In this document: in pieces, positions 49,484-59,171 of the stretch
How positions within the stretch are numbered: the first letter of the stretch is position 1
Layout of the letters: each line of letters begins with the position of its first letter
Source of the DNA: Fidelibacterota bacterium
GTDB lineage: Bacteria > Fidelibacterota > UBA2242
Reading direction: 5' to 3'
DNA: 64,000 bases
Assembly: GCA_049975265.1 (NCBI GenBank)
Contig: JBNGDF010000011.1
Location: 1-64,000, forward strand
Notes under the pieces: model-generated
The model's database searches: none
Told to the model about the DNA's origin: nothing
The model's input: only the letters and a program-made list of their open reading frames with translations
Position numbers and translations under genes: made by a program

Positions 49484-52400
49484 ATGGCTCAAAAAATGAA
49501 AAGTATGGACGGGAACACTGCGGCGACTCATGTCGCTTATGCGTTTAGTGAAGTTGCTGCAATTTACCCGATTACCCCTTCATCGGGGATGGGTGAGATG
49601 GCTGATGCCTGGGCGGCTAAAGGTCTGAAGAATATTTTTGGTCAGACGGTGGATGTAGTGGAGTTGCAATCCGAAGGCGGTGCCTCGGGAGCTGTCCACG
49701 GCGCCCTCTCGGCGGGGGCGATGACCACCACCTTTACCGCATCGCAGGGATTGATGCTGATGCTGCCGAATATGCATAAGATTGCGGGTGAGATGCTGCC
49801 GACCGTATTTCATGTTTCGGCGCGCTCCCTGGCGTGTCAATCGCTCTCGATTTTCGGCGACCATTCCGATGTGATGTCGGCGCGCAATACCGGCTGGGCA
49901 TTGATGGCGCTGAGTTCGATTCAGGAAATCATGGACCTGGGCGTGGTTTCCCACCTCGCTACTCTGAAGTCCAAGATTCCCTTTCTGAATTTTTTCGACG
50001 GATTTCGGAATTCCCACGAAATCCAGAAAATCTATGAGATTGACTATGCCACAATGCGTGAGATGCTGGATATGCAGTACGTCGAAGACTTTCGCTCTCG
50101 CGCAATGAATCCGGAAAAACCGCTGCTAAAGGTCGGACAGGAGGGTCCGGATACCTATTTTCAGGGACGCGAGACGGTGAACCGGTACTATCTGGAGGCT
50201 CCGGCGATCGTGCAGGAATATATGGATGCGCTGGCAAAGAAGATCGGTCGTCAGTACCATCTGTTCGATTATTTCGGCGCTCCCGATGCAGAGAAGATTA
50301 TCGTCATTATGGGCAGTGGCGCCGACACGGTGGAAGAGACCGTTGATTATTTGAACAAGAAAGGTGAGAAGGTAGGGCTGATTAAAGCCCGGCTGTATCG
50401 TCCTTTCTCCGTTGAGCATTTTATCAAAGCGATTCCCGCCAGTGTAAAGAAAATTGCCGTTCTGGACCGTACCAAAGAGCCCGGCTCTATCGGTGAGCCG
50501 CTCTACCTGGATGTGGTTGTAGCCTTAGCCGGAAAAGACCTGAAAATCGTTGGCGGACGCTACGGATTGTCCTCGAAGGAGTTTACCCCTTCCATGGTGA
50601 AGGCGGTGTACGATCATCTCGATGGGGCAGCCACTAACGGTTTTACCGTCGGTATTAACGATGACGTCACGCACACTTCCCTGGAAGTCAGGGAAAAGAT
50701 CAACACCATTCCAGAAGGAACGATTTCCTGCAAATTCTGGGGACTTGGTTCTGACGGTACGGTGGGTGCCAATAAGAACTCCATCAAGATCATCGGTGAC
50801 AACACCGACATGTACGCTCAGGGCTATTTTCAGTATGATTCCAAAAAGTCCGGCGGGATTACCCGCAGCCACTTACGCTTTGGAAAACACCCAATCAAAT
50901 CCGAGTATCTGGTAACCGACAACGTCGATTTCATCGCCTGTCACAATCAGGCGTTTATCCACCGCTACGATATTCTCGAGGGTATCAAGGAAAACAGTGT
51001 TTTTCTGCTGAATTCGGTCTGGAGCAAAGAAGAGGTATTTGAAAATCTGCCGCAGGCAATGCAGCAGACGATCATCGATAAGAAAATTCGCTTTTACAAT
51101 ATCAATGCCCTGGAGATTGCCAATAATGTCGGCTTGGGAAACCGTATCAATACGGTCATGATGGCGGCATTTTTTATCATCTCGGGCGTCCTGGAAAAGG
51201 ATTTTGCCATAAAACTGATTAAGGATGCCATTGAAAAAACCTACGGCGCCAAAGGTCGTGAAATCGTCGAGATGAACTGGAAAGCGGTTGATGCTGCGGA
51301 AGAGGCTCTCGTTGAGGTGCAGGTCCCGGATACACTTCCGAAAAAACATGCACCGGTGAAGCCACTGGTTCCTGAGGATGCCGATGATTTTGTGAAAAAT
51401 GTCATTGAGAAAACCATGCGTGAAAAGGGTGACGAAATTCCGGTTTCAGCGATGCCCCTGGACGGATTTGTCCCCACCGGAACGGCGAAACTGGAGAAGC
51501 GCGGTGTGGCACCTTTTGTACCGCACTGGATTAAGGAGAACTGCATTCAGTGTAACCAGTGCTCCTTTGTCTGTCCCCACGCCGCAATTCGGGCGAAGCT
51601 GATCGATCCCAACAGCCTGAAAGATGCACCGGAAGGTTTTGAAACGCTGGATGCCATCGGCAAAGACGCTGGGATGAAGTATAAAATTCAGGTCTATGTG
51701 GAAGATTGCCAGGGTTGCATGAATTGCGTCAATGAGTGCCCGAAAGGAGCCCTCGTTGCCAAACCGATTCAGGAAGAGCGCGATGCCGGCGAATCCGATT
51801 TTGCGCTCTATTTTGATGCCCTGCCGTCGGATGTACTCAGTAAAGCCGTAAGACTTGAATCGCTGAAAGGCAGCCAGTTCAAGCAGCCACTGCTGGAGTT
51901 CTCGGGCGCCTGTGCCGGTTGTGGCGAAACGCCCTATGTCAAGCTGATTACACAGCTCTACGGCGACCGGATGATCATCGCCAATGCAACCGGTTGTTCC
52001 TCCATCTGGGGTGGAACTTTTCCGACCATTCCTTATGCCAAAAATAAAGACGGTCACGGTCCAACCTGGGCAAACTCACTCTTTGAGGATAATGCCGAAT
52101 ACGGTTTCGGCATGCGACTGGCAGTGGATTCCAATCGCAGACAGCTGCGCACGGCGATGGAAAAAGCCCGGGAAATGGACCTGGATGCCGGTTTCAACGA
52201 GCTGATCAAAGAGGCTTTTGAACTCTGGAATACCAAAGAGGACGAGATCAAAGCAGTATCCAAAAAGATTCAGGCGGCGCTGCCGGACCTGGTCAAAAAA
52301 GCCACTGGCGAAGGGCAGACGGTTCTGAAAAAGATCATGGAACTCCAGAGCTATATTGTGCCGAAGAGTGTCTGGGCTTTCGGTGGCGATGGCTGGGCAT

Positions 52401-53005
52401 ACGACATCGGTTACGGTGGTTTGGATCATGTCATGGCATCCAACCGGAACGTCAATATTTTAGTCCTGGACACGGAGGTCTATTCCAACACCGGTGGGCA
52501 GGCGTCCAAAGCAACGCCGCTGGGCTCGGTGGCTCGGTTTGCCGAAGCCGGGAAAACCACCAAGAAAAAAGACCTGGGCATGATGCTGATGAGTTATGGG
52601 TATGTATACGTCGCTTCCGTTGCTATGGGTGCCAACAAGAATCAGTTAATCAAAGCAATCAAAGAGGCGGAAGATTACGATGGACCGGCAATTATTATTG
52701 CCTATGCGCCCTGCATCAACCATGGCTGCGATATGCAGATGACCCAGCAGGAAGAGAAGAAAGCGGTCGATACCGGGTACTGGTTGCTCTATCGCTACAA
52801 TCCGACATTGAAAGCGGAAGGCAAGAATCCCTTGATGCTGGACTCGAAGAAACCGTCACTGCCGGTTGAAGAGTTTCTGAAAAGCGAGAAGCGTTACACA
52901 TCGCTGAAGCTCAGTTTTCCGGAGAATGCTGAAAAGTACTGGAAAGAACAGCAGATAATCGTTGATGAACGCTACGAACAGTATCGTAAGATGGCAGAGC
53001 AGTAA
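49484..53005 (+). CDS. nifJ: Pyruvate:ferredoxin/flavodoxin oxidoreductase (single chain)
   Basis: YPITPSS, QSEGGA, GGRYGLSSKEF, GLGSDGTVGANK, two CxxCxxCxxxCP, GACAGCGE, GGDGWAYDIG. Start at 49484 after GGAGA. Confidence 0.96.
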   Translation: MAQKMKSMDGNTAATHVAYAFSEVAAIYPITPSSGMGEMADAWAAKGLKNIFGQTVDVVELQSEGGASGAVHGALSAGAMTTTFTASQGLMLMLPNMHKIAGEMLPTVFHVSARSLACQSLSIFGDHSDVMSARNTGWALMALSSIQEIMDLGVVSHLATLKSKIPFLNFFDGFRNSHEIQKIYEIDYATMREMLDMQYVEDFRSRAMNPEKPLLKVGQEGPDTYFQGRETVNRYYLEAPAIVQEYMDALAKKIGRQYHLFDYFGAPDAEKIIVIMGSGADTVEETVDYLNKKGEKVGLIKARLYRPFSVEHFIKAIPASVKKIAVLDRTKEPGSIGEPLYLDVVVALAGKDLKIVGGRYGLSSKEFTPSMVKAVYDHLDGAATNGFTVGINDDVTHTSLEVREKINTIPEGTISCKFWGLGSDGTVGANKNSIKIIGDNTDMYAQGYFQYDSKKSGGITRSHLRFGKHPIKSEYLVTDNVDFIACHNQAFIHRYDILEGIKENSVFLLNSVWSKEEVFENLPQAMQQTIIDKKIRFYNINALEIANNVGLGNRINTVMMAAFFIISGVLEKDFAIKLIKDAIEKTYGAKGREIVEMNWKAVDAAEEALVEVQVPDTLPKKHAPVKPLVPEDADDFVKNVIEKTMREKGDEIPVSAMPLDGFVPTGTAKLEKRGVAPFVPHWIKENCIQCNQCSFVCPHAAIRAKLIDPNSLKDAPEGFETLDAIGKDAGMKYKIQVYVEDCQGCMNCVNECPKGALVAKPIQEERDAGESDFALYFDALPSDVLSKAVRLESLKGSQFKQPLLEFSGACAGCGETPYVKLITQLYGDRMIIANATGCSSIWGGTFPTIPYAKNKDGHGPTWANSLFEDNAEYGFGMRLAVDSNRRQLRTAMEKAREMDLDAGFNELIKEAFELWNTKEDEIKAVSKKIQAALPDLVKKATGEGQTVLKKIMELQSYIVPKSVWAFGGDGWAYDIGYGGLDHVMASNRNVNILVLDTEVYSNTGGQASKATPLGSVARFAEAGKTTKKKDLGMMLMSYGYVYVASVAMGANKNQLIKAIKEAEDYDGPAIIIAYAPCINHGCDMQMTQQEEKKAVDTGYWLLYRYNPTLKAEGKNPLMLDSKKPSLPVEEFLKSEKRYTSLKLSFPENAEKYWKEQQIIVDERYEQYRKMAEQ

Positions 53006-53052
53006 AAAAGAAAACGATGTTCCGGCGAGCATCCGATTAGTATGAACCATAA

Positions 53053-53084
53053 GGGGCGTGAGATATTGCGCCCCCTCTTTTTTT
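53053..53084 (+). terminator. Rho-independent terminator after PFOR
   Basis: ggggcgtga-gata-ttgcgcccc followed by ctc and a T7 run. Confidence 0.7.
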
Positions 53085-53096
53085 GGAGGATCAAGA

Positions 53097-53165
53097 TAAC
53101 CTTCCGAAGGTTTTTCATCAGCTTAACTCCCGGCAAAATTATTTAGAAAAACCTTCGGAAGGTTA
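53097..53165. repeat. Perfect 20-bp inverted repeat with internally palindromic arms (REP doublet-like)
   Basis: taaccttccgaaggtttttc (53097-53116) and gaaaaaccttcggaaggtta (53146-53165), 29-nt spacer. Confidence 0.75.
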
Positions 53166-53171
53166 AGGAAA

Positions 53172-53808
53172 TCACCCACCGATTTTGCCGTAGAGTTTTT
53201 CGTAGCGCTGAGGATAGAGTTTTTTCATACAATCCCGGCAGATACCGTGACTGAATTCGGCATTGCTATGCTTGCTCAGGTAGGTTTCCAGGTTGTTCCA
53301 ATAACCTTCATCATCGCGGATTTTCTTACATGAGGGGCAGATGGGTAGCAGTTTTTTCAGCTGTTTTATCCGGGTCAGGGCTTCGGTCAATTCCACGATC
53401 AGGCGTTCACGCTCTTCTTCAATCCGCCTTCTGGCGAGGATTTCGATCTGCAGTTTGTGGTTGGATTTGACGATTTCACCGCGGCGTTCGCGGATCCGGT
53501 CTTCGATATGATTGCGCTCTTTTTGCAGAGCGGCGGCGACGTTCTCTTTTTTCTGCAATTCCTCCTGTAAGCGGGTATGGACATTTTCCAGCTCGCCGAT
53601 CGTCTGCAATAGGCGTAATTCCCGGGCTTCGATCTTGATGATCATCATGCCGAAAGACTCTGCCAGGTCCGCAATTGAAGGGGGGGTATTTGTCCGTTTT
53701 CGTCAATTCAAATACCTGAGCATCGTGCTGAAAGTGATTCGCACCGGCATCTTTAACGGTTCGAATCAGTATATCAAGTATTTCCTGATAGCTGCTGTCA
53801 TTATCCAT
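53172..53808 (-). pseudogene. Frameshifted paralogue of the 53816-54586 gene (coiled coil + C-terminal Cys4 domain)
   Basis: ORFs 53476..53808 and 53172..53648 join into one 211-aa ORF if one base of the G7 run at 53680-53686 is removed, giving KYPPSIADLAESFGMMIIK versus the paralogue's VYPAKISELAESFGMMIVK. Confidence 0.85.
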
Positions 53809-53815
53809 ATTCGTC

Positions 53816-54586
53816 TCATATCTCCGACGGTAAATCCGTCAATTTGCCCTTTTCGAGCATCCGCTCATACTCTTCCGGATAGTGTTTTTTCAGGCAATCG
53901 GGACAGAGGCTGTGACTGAATTCGATATCGGCATTCTTGCTGATGTAGATTTCCAGTTCGTTCCAATAGCCCTGATCATCGCGGATTTTTTTGCATGAGG
54001 CACAAATGGGAATCAAGCCCTTCAGGGTTTTGATATTGTTCAACGCCTCCTGGAGATCATCAACCAGTTTTTTGCGCTCTTCATCAATGGCTTTGCGTTC
54101 GAGAATCTCGGTTTTTAACATTTCATTGGTTTTCATCAATTCGGAGGTGCGGTTTTGAATGAGCGCTTCCAGATTGTTCCGGTAGTTCATCAGCTCCTGC
54201 TCGATTTTTGTGCGGGCTTCGTACTCCGCCTCCAGCTGACCGTTTAGTTTTTTCAACTTCTCAATTGTCTGTTCGAGACGCAGTTCCCGGGCTTCGACTT
54301 TGACGATCATCATGCCGAAGGACTCCGCCAGCTCGCTGATCTTCGCCGGGTAGACGCCGGTTTTTGCCAGCTCGAAAATTTCGTCCGGATCGCTATACCG
54401 CTGCCGGGATATATCGCGGGCGATATCGGAAAGGTAATCCAGCAGTTCATCAATCTTCTGGTTATAACTTTCCGCTCCTTTTTGTCTGGCGTGTTCGAGA
54501 GAGTCTTGCTGCTCCTGGGTGATTTTTTGGCGCAGGGACTCCAGCCGCTTCAACAGTTTGGAATCGGGCATCAACTCCTTGCTCAT
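53816..54586 (-). CDS. Coiled-coil signalling-type protein with C-terminal LIPICASCKKIRDD...SHSLCPDC domain
   Basis: HAMP-helix-like ISELAESFGMM, S-helix-like LEALIQNRTSEL and a CxxC...CxxC C-terminal domain; GGAGG RBS. Confidence 0.8.
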   Translation of the reverse strand: MSKELMPDSKLLKRLESLRQKITQEQQDSLEHARQKGAESYNQKIDELLDYLSDIARDISRQRYSDPDEIFELAKTGVYPAKISELAESFGMMIVKVEARELRLEQTIEKLKKLNGQLEAEYEARTKIEQELMNYRNNLEALIQNRTSELMKTNEMLKTEILERKAIDEERKKLVDDLQEALNNIKTLKGLIPICASCKKIRDDQGYWNELEIYISKNADIEFSHSLCPDCLKKHYPEEYERMLEKGKLTDLPSEI

Positions 54587-54605
54587 TAAATATTCCCTCC
54601 GATCT

Positions 54606-56228
54606 TTATTTTTGCCATATAGGATTTGTTAAAGCGAAATGACCGTTTAAGGTTGTTAATTCTGCCCGAAGGTAAGCTTTTTCCGGCATATTTTCCACGG
54701 TTAAATCAAACCTGGACTGCAGCTCCCCGGCGTGATACGTTTCCTGGCGAAAAACTGTTTCCCTGACGGCTTTGACGTTACCGATAAAAACGGTCAACTG
54801 ATCCAGGGTGCCGAAATAGGGTGTTGAACGGGCATTGATTGTAACGATATTGTCTGCGGCTGATTCAAGAGAGAGGAAAGGACCGTCCGAGATTATGACG
54901 TTTTCTCCCTTTAGAGCATCGATGATGCCCTGTACGCCGTTATCGAGGTCGGCTTTGATCCCGGTCAGGTTCTGTCCGAAAATCTGGTGCTGGTGTTCAT
55001 GCATCAGGAGCAGCGGGATTAAAACCTGCCGAAAGCGGTTGAAATTGCCGTGAGAATCGTTACCGGCGTAGATCAGTTGCCGTCGACCTTTCAGGAGCTG
55101 ACTGATCCAGAAAGCTTTGCCGGTTTCGAAATCTCCGGCAGGTTTACCGTTCAGAATCTGAAAGCCTGCCAGACGGGGGTGATAATCCCGGCGGTTCCAG
55201 ATACCCCGATGGATCAGGAGGTGATGCCAGAAAGGCGGCTTTTCAAAAGGGTGCGCGGCAAACGCCAGCGACTGGTCGGGAATCGTATCCAGGACGGTCG
55301 CATAGTGTGATTCCGTTACTTGTCCCAGCGATTTTTCCATGCCGTCGCCACTGCCGCAGTGAAAATGGGGGTCGTTGAGAACGTTCATATGCACTGTGCG
55401 CCCAAAACCATTATCAACCGACACCTCTTCACCGGGTATGAGGATAAAATCCCGGTTGCTGCGGTTTAGATCATGGATATCATTCAGGAGCCGTTGCCAT
55501 TTACGCAAATCGGGGTCCTGGACGGTCCAGGAATCTGGAGAATCGTCGAGATCGTACGAATGATCCGTAACGGCGCAGAAAGAGAGCCCCATGGTTCGAC
55601 CCAGCGGGCGGTAACAGTCCGGCGGAACGCCGAATTCGACCTGATCCTCGGTATAGGATGAATGGACATGCAAATCGCCCCAGAGCCAGCCGTCCTCTTT
55701 GGGGAGTGGATCCCGGTCCATAAAGATTTCAAAGGATTTTTGGGAAAGCGTTGGGTAGTTGTCATTGCGTACGATAAACGCTTTCCCACCACCTACCAGA
55801 TAGGCAAAACAGTCGAGATGAACCCATTGATTCTGAAAATTCGCGGCATCAATGGTGATGATTTTGGTAAACCACTTGGTATGGACCCCTGTACCGACAG
55901 GTACGGTAACATCGCCGGCAATCGGTTTATGTTCGTGATCCATCAGCCGGATGACGATCTTTTCCAGGGTAACGGGAAACCAGTGAGCGTCCTTGATCAG
56001 CAGCAGAACCGGAATGTGACCCGTCTCGCTGCGCCGGGGCAGGTCAAAGATGATTTCGGGCTGTTTTTTATAGAGGAGTCCTTTGAAAAAAGGCAGACGA
56101 TAGTGCATTTCTGCATAGAGAATAAAGGGCGCTACCAGCAAAGCGGCGGAGATGATGAAATCCGCGTAAAAAGTGAAATCCACAGTTAACATAGACCAAA
56201 GATAAAATAAAAAAGCAGATATCGCCAA
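54606..56228 (-). CDS. PHP-domain metallohydrolase (CehA/McbA-like), N-terminal membrane segment
   Basis: GDLHVHS, VTDHS, PGEEVS, AAHP, AGNDSHG; start codon uncertain. Confidence 0.78.
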   Translation of the reverse strand: MAISAFLFYLWSMLTVDFTFYADFIISAALLVAPFILYAEMHYRLPFFKGLLYKKQPEIIFDLPRRSETGHIPVLLLIKDAHWFPVTLEKIVIRLMDHEHKPIAGDVTVPVGTGVHTKWFTKIITIDAANFQNQWVHLDCFAYLVGGGKAFIVRNDNYPTLSQKSFEIFMDRDPLPKEDGWLWGDLHVHSSYTEDQVEFGVPPDCYRPLGRTMGLSFCAVTDHSYDLDDSPDSWTVQDPDLRKWQRLLNDIHDLNRSNRDFILIPGEEVSVDNGFGRTVHMNVLNDPHFHCGSGDGMEKSLGQVTESHYATVLDTIPDQSLAFAAHPFEKPPFWHHLLIHRGIWNRRDYHPRLAGFQILNGKPAGDFETGKAFWISQLLKGRRQLIYAGNDSHGNFNRFRQVLIPLLLMHEHQHQIFGQNLTGIKADLDNGVQGIIDALKGENVIISDGPFLSLESAADNIVTINARSTPYFGTLDQLTVFIGNVKAVRETVFRQETYHAGELQSRFDLTVENMPEKAYLRAELTTLNGHFALTNPIWQK

Positions 56229-56274
56229 CGTTTTTCACACTACGGTGGCAGTACCGGGATCGCGGAAAAATTGG

Positions 56275-56303
56275 TTGACACTAAAGACAGCAGGCGGTAA
56301 ATT
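56275..56303 (+). promoter_or_regulatory. Putative sigma70 promoter for efp operon
   Basis: TTGACA-17 nt-TAAATT upstream of efp. Confidence 0.55.
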
Positions 56304-56337
56304 CTACGTCACGATTGGTAAATTAGAAGGGGTACTT

Positions 56338-56901
56338 TTGGCATCAACAGCAGATATTCGAAACGGTTTAATAATCAATTTAGACGGCGATTTATTCAGG
56401 GTAATTGAATTTCAGCATGTGAAAATGGCGCGGGGCGGTGCCCGTATCCGGACCAGGTTGAGAAATGTCCGCACCGGTCAGGTCGTTGACAATACTTTCC
56501 GATCGGGCGAAAAAATCGATGTCGCCCGCCTCGAAGCGGTGGAGATGCAATATCTCTATTTTGATGGAAACCATCATATTTTTATGAATACCGGGACATT
56601 CGAACAGACTCCCCTGAATGCGGATACTTTCAAAGAGGCGTCCCAATACATCAAAGAAAACGATATTATCAAGGTCCTTTTCTACGGGAAGGAGGCGGTA
56701 GATATCGAAATCCCGCCTCACGTCAATCTGGAGATTGTGGAAACCGAACCGGGCATGAAGGGTGACACGGTGACCGGCGCCTCGAAACCGGCGGTTCTGG
56801 AAACCGGTTTGACGGTCCAGGTACCTCTCTTTCTGAATGTCGGTGACGTCGTGCGGATCGATACCCGCAGCGGTAGTTATGTGGAGCGGATTAAAGAGTA
56901 A
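56338..56901 (+). CDS. efp: Elongation factor P
   Basis: TTG start after AAGGGG; FQHVK, TFRSGE, MQYLY, TEPG.KGDT, KPAVLETG, VPLF...GD...IDTR.G.YVER. Confidence 0.95.
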   Translation: MASTADIRNGLIINLDGDLFRVIEFQHVKMARGGARIRTRLRNVRTGQVVDNTFRSGEKIDVARLEAVEMQYLYFDGNHHIFMNTGTFEQTPLNADTFKEASQYIKENDIIKVLFYGKEAVDIEIPPHVNLEIVETEPGMKGDTVTGASKPAVLETGLTVQVPLFLNVGDVVRIDTRSGSYVERIKE

Positions 56902-56913
56902 GCGGGGAGAATT

Positions 56914-57387
56914 ATGAATAAGCGTCAACTTCTGGATTTGGTGAAAATTCTGGAATCACACGACATCAGCGAGATTGAAGTATCCCGTTGGGGCAGTAAG
57001 ATCCGGGTTGCCAAGCAGCCGTCCGGAGCGGTTCGTAATGTCATCATGTCAGAAAACCAGCCCGGCGGAGCAGCACCGCAATTCGTCGAGATAGCCGGCA
57101 TTGCCGAAGAGCATAAAGTCGTCAAGAACGAGAACAATGGGCGTGGCATCGAAATCAAGTCGCCGATTGTTGGTACCTTTTATCAGGCACCGGCGCCCGA
57201 TGCCGAACCCTATGTGAAAATCGGGGATCATGTCTCCGTCGGACAGCCGCTCTGTATCATTGAAGCCATGAAAATCATGAACGTGATTGAATCCGAAGTA
57301 TCCGGGAAACTGGTAAAGATTTTAGCAAACAATGCCCAACCGGTGGAATACAACGAGACCCTTTTTATTATCGATCCCGAGGGTTGA
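56914..57387 (+). CDS. accB: Acetyl-CoA carboxylase biotin carboxyl carrier protein
   Basis: [16 protein letters not shown]. Confidence 0.95.
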   Translation: MNKRQLLDLVKILESHDISEIEVSRWGSKIRVAKQPSGAVRNVIMSENQPGGAAPQFVEIAGIAEEHKVVKNENNGRGIEIKSPIVGTFYQAPAPDAEPYVKIGDHVSVGQPLCIIEAMKIMNVIESEVSGKLVKILANNAQPVEYNETLFIIDPEG

Positions 57388-57423
57388 ATCAAAGCTATTG
57401 TCAACTAACCGATCGGTACGATT

Positions 57424-58767
57424 TTGATTGAAAAAATACTGATTGCCAATCGCGGCGAAATTGCACTGAGAATTATCCGGGCTTGCAAGGAGATGGGAAT
57501 CGCTACGGTGGCTGTCTATTCGACCGCCGATTCACTTGCGCTGCATGTCCGTTTTGCCGATGAAGCGGTCTGTATCGGTCCCGCGAATAGTCAGAACAGC
57601 TACTTGAAAATGGCGAATATTATCAGTGCCGCCGAAGTGACCAACGCCGACGCCATTCACCCCGGCTATGGTTTTCTGGCGGAAAACCCTGATTTTGCCC
57701 AGATGTGCATGGATAACGAAATTACGTTTATCGGTCCTTCGCCCGAAGTGATCCGGCGGATGGGCGACAAGGCGGAAGCAAGGGCGACCATGATCAAAGC
57801 CGGCGTACCGGTCATCCCCGGCAGCGAGGATGTAATTACCGACCTGAAACAGGCGCGCAGGATCGCCGCCGAGATTGGATACCCCGTCATTTTAAAAGCA
57901 GTTGCCGGTGGCGGTGGACGCGGGATGCGGATTGTTGCCGAAGAGAGTAAACTGGAAGAGGCTCTGGCAACCGCCCGCGAAGAGGCACGCTCTGCGTTCG
58001 GCAATCCCGCCATGTATCTGGAAAAATTAATCGAAGATGGTCGCCACATCGAAATTCAGATACTCGGCGATAACCATGGCAATGTATGTTATTTAGGGGA
58101 GCGGGAGTGTTCCATTCAGCGTCGTCATCAGAAGCTGATCGAAGAATCACCTTCGCCGGCGGTGAATGAAGATCTGCGGGAGAAATTCGGAAAAATTGCG
58201 ATTCGCGCTGCCAAAGCCGTCAATTATACCAGTGCCGGGACGGTGGAATTTCTGATGGACCGGCACCGCAATCTCTATTTTATGGAGATGAATACCCGAA
58301 TTCAGGTGGAACACCCGGTTACGGAGATGGTTACGGGAATCGATTTGCTGAAGGAGCAGATTAATCTGGCGAACGGTCATAAATTGCCGCGCTGGTTGAA
58401 AAAATTCCGGCTGCGCGGTCATGCCATCGAATGCCGCATAAACGCCGAAGACCCGTATAAAAACTTTCGACCGTCACCGGGTAGAATCACCGCCTTTCAC
58501 GCCCCCGGCGGTCCCGGCACACGCATGGATACCCATGTCTATTCCGGCTATGAAATCCCATCTAATTACGACTCGCTGCTGGGCAAACTGATTACCCATG
58601 GTACGGACCGGGACGAAGCCATAGCCCGTATGGAACGGGCGCTGGAAGAGACCATTATCGAAGGAGTTTCGACCTCAATCCCGTTTCATCGGGCGATTAT
58701 CAATGATCCGGACTTTCGCGCCGGCGATTTTCATATCAACTTCCTTAAAAATTTTAAATTCCAGTAA
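57424..58767 (+). CDS. accC: Biotin carboxylase
   Basis: [59 protein letters not shown]. Confidence 0.96.
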   Translation: MIEKILIANRGEIALRIIRACKEMGIATVAVYSTADSLALHVRFADEAVCIGPANSQNSYLKMANIISAAEVTNADAIHPGYGFLAENPDFAQMCMDNEITFIGPSPEVIRRMGDKAEARATMIKAGVPVIPGSEDVITDLKQARRIAAEIGYPVILKAVAGGGGRGMRIVAEESKLEEALATAREEARSAFGNPAMYLEKLIEDGRHIEIQILGDNHGNVCYLGERECSIQRRHQKLIEESPSPAVNEDLREKFGKIAIRAAKAVNYTSAGTVEFLMDRHRNLYFMEMNTRIQVEHPVTEMVTGIDLLKEQINLANGHKLPRWLKKFRLRGHAIECRINAEDPYKNFRPSPGRITAFHAPGGPGTRMDTHVYSGYEIPSNYDSLLGKLITHGTDRDEAIARMERALEETIIEGVSTSIPFHRAIINDPDFRAGDFHINFLKNFKFQ

Positions 58768-58791
58768 ATTCTATGACAAGGAGGAGAGTCA

Positions 58792-59166
58792 ATGAATGTA
58801 CCCGAAACATTAAAGTACACCAACGATCACGAATGGGCTTTGATTGAAGGCGATATCGCCACCCTGGGGATTACAGAATATGCTGCCGGAGAACTCGGGG
58901 ACGTGGTCTATGTGGAATTGCCCGAAGTGGGCAGTCAGGCGGGCAAAGGTGATTCCATCGGGACGATTGAAGCCGTTAAAACCGTTGCAGATCTCTATAG
59001 TCCGCTGTCCGGTAAAATTATTGAGGTGAATGAATCACTGAATGACAGCGCCGAGCTGATCAATCAGGACCCTTACGGCAAGGGCTGGATCGCCAAACTG
59101 AAAATCGCCAATCCTGCTGAAATTGAGCAACTGCTCAGCGCTGACGATTATCAAAAATTGATTTGA
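58792..59166 (+). CDS. gcvH: Glycine cleavage system H protein
   Basis: HEW, GITEYA..LGDVVYVELP, IEAVKT (lipoyl-Lys), DPYGKGW. Confidence 0.96.
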   Translation: MNVPETLKYTNDHEWALIEGDIATLGITEYAAGELGDVVYVELPEVGSQAGKGDSIGTIEAVKTVADLYSPLSGKIIEVNESLNDSAELINQDPYGKGWIAKLKIANPAEIEQLLSADDYQKLI

Positions 59167-59171
59167 ACATT

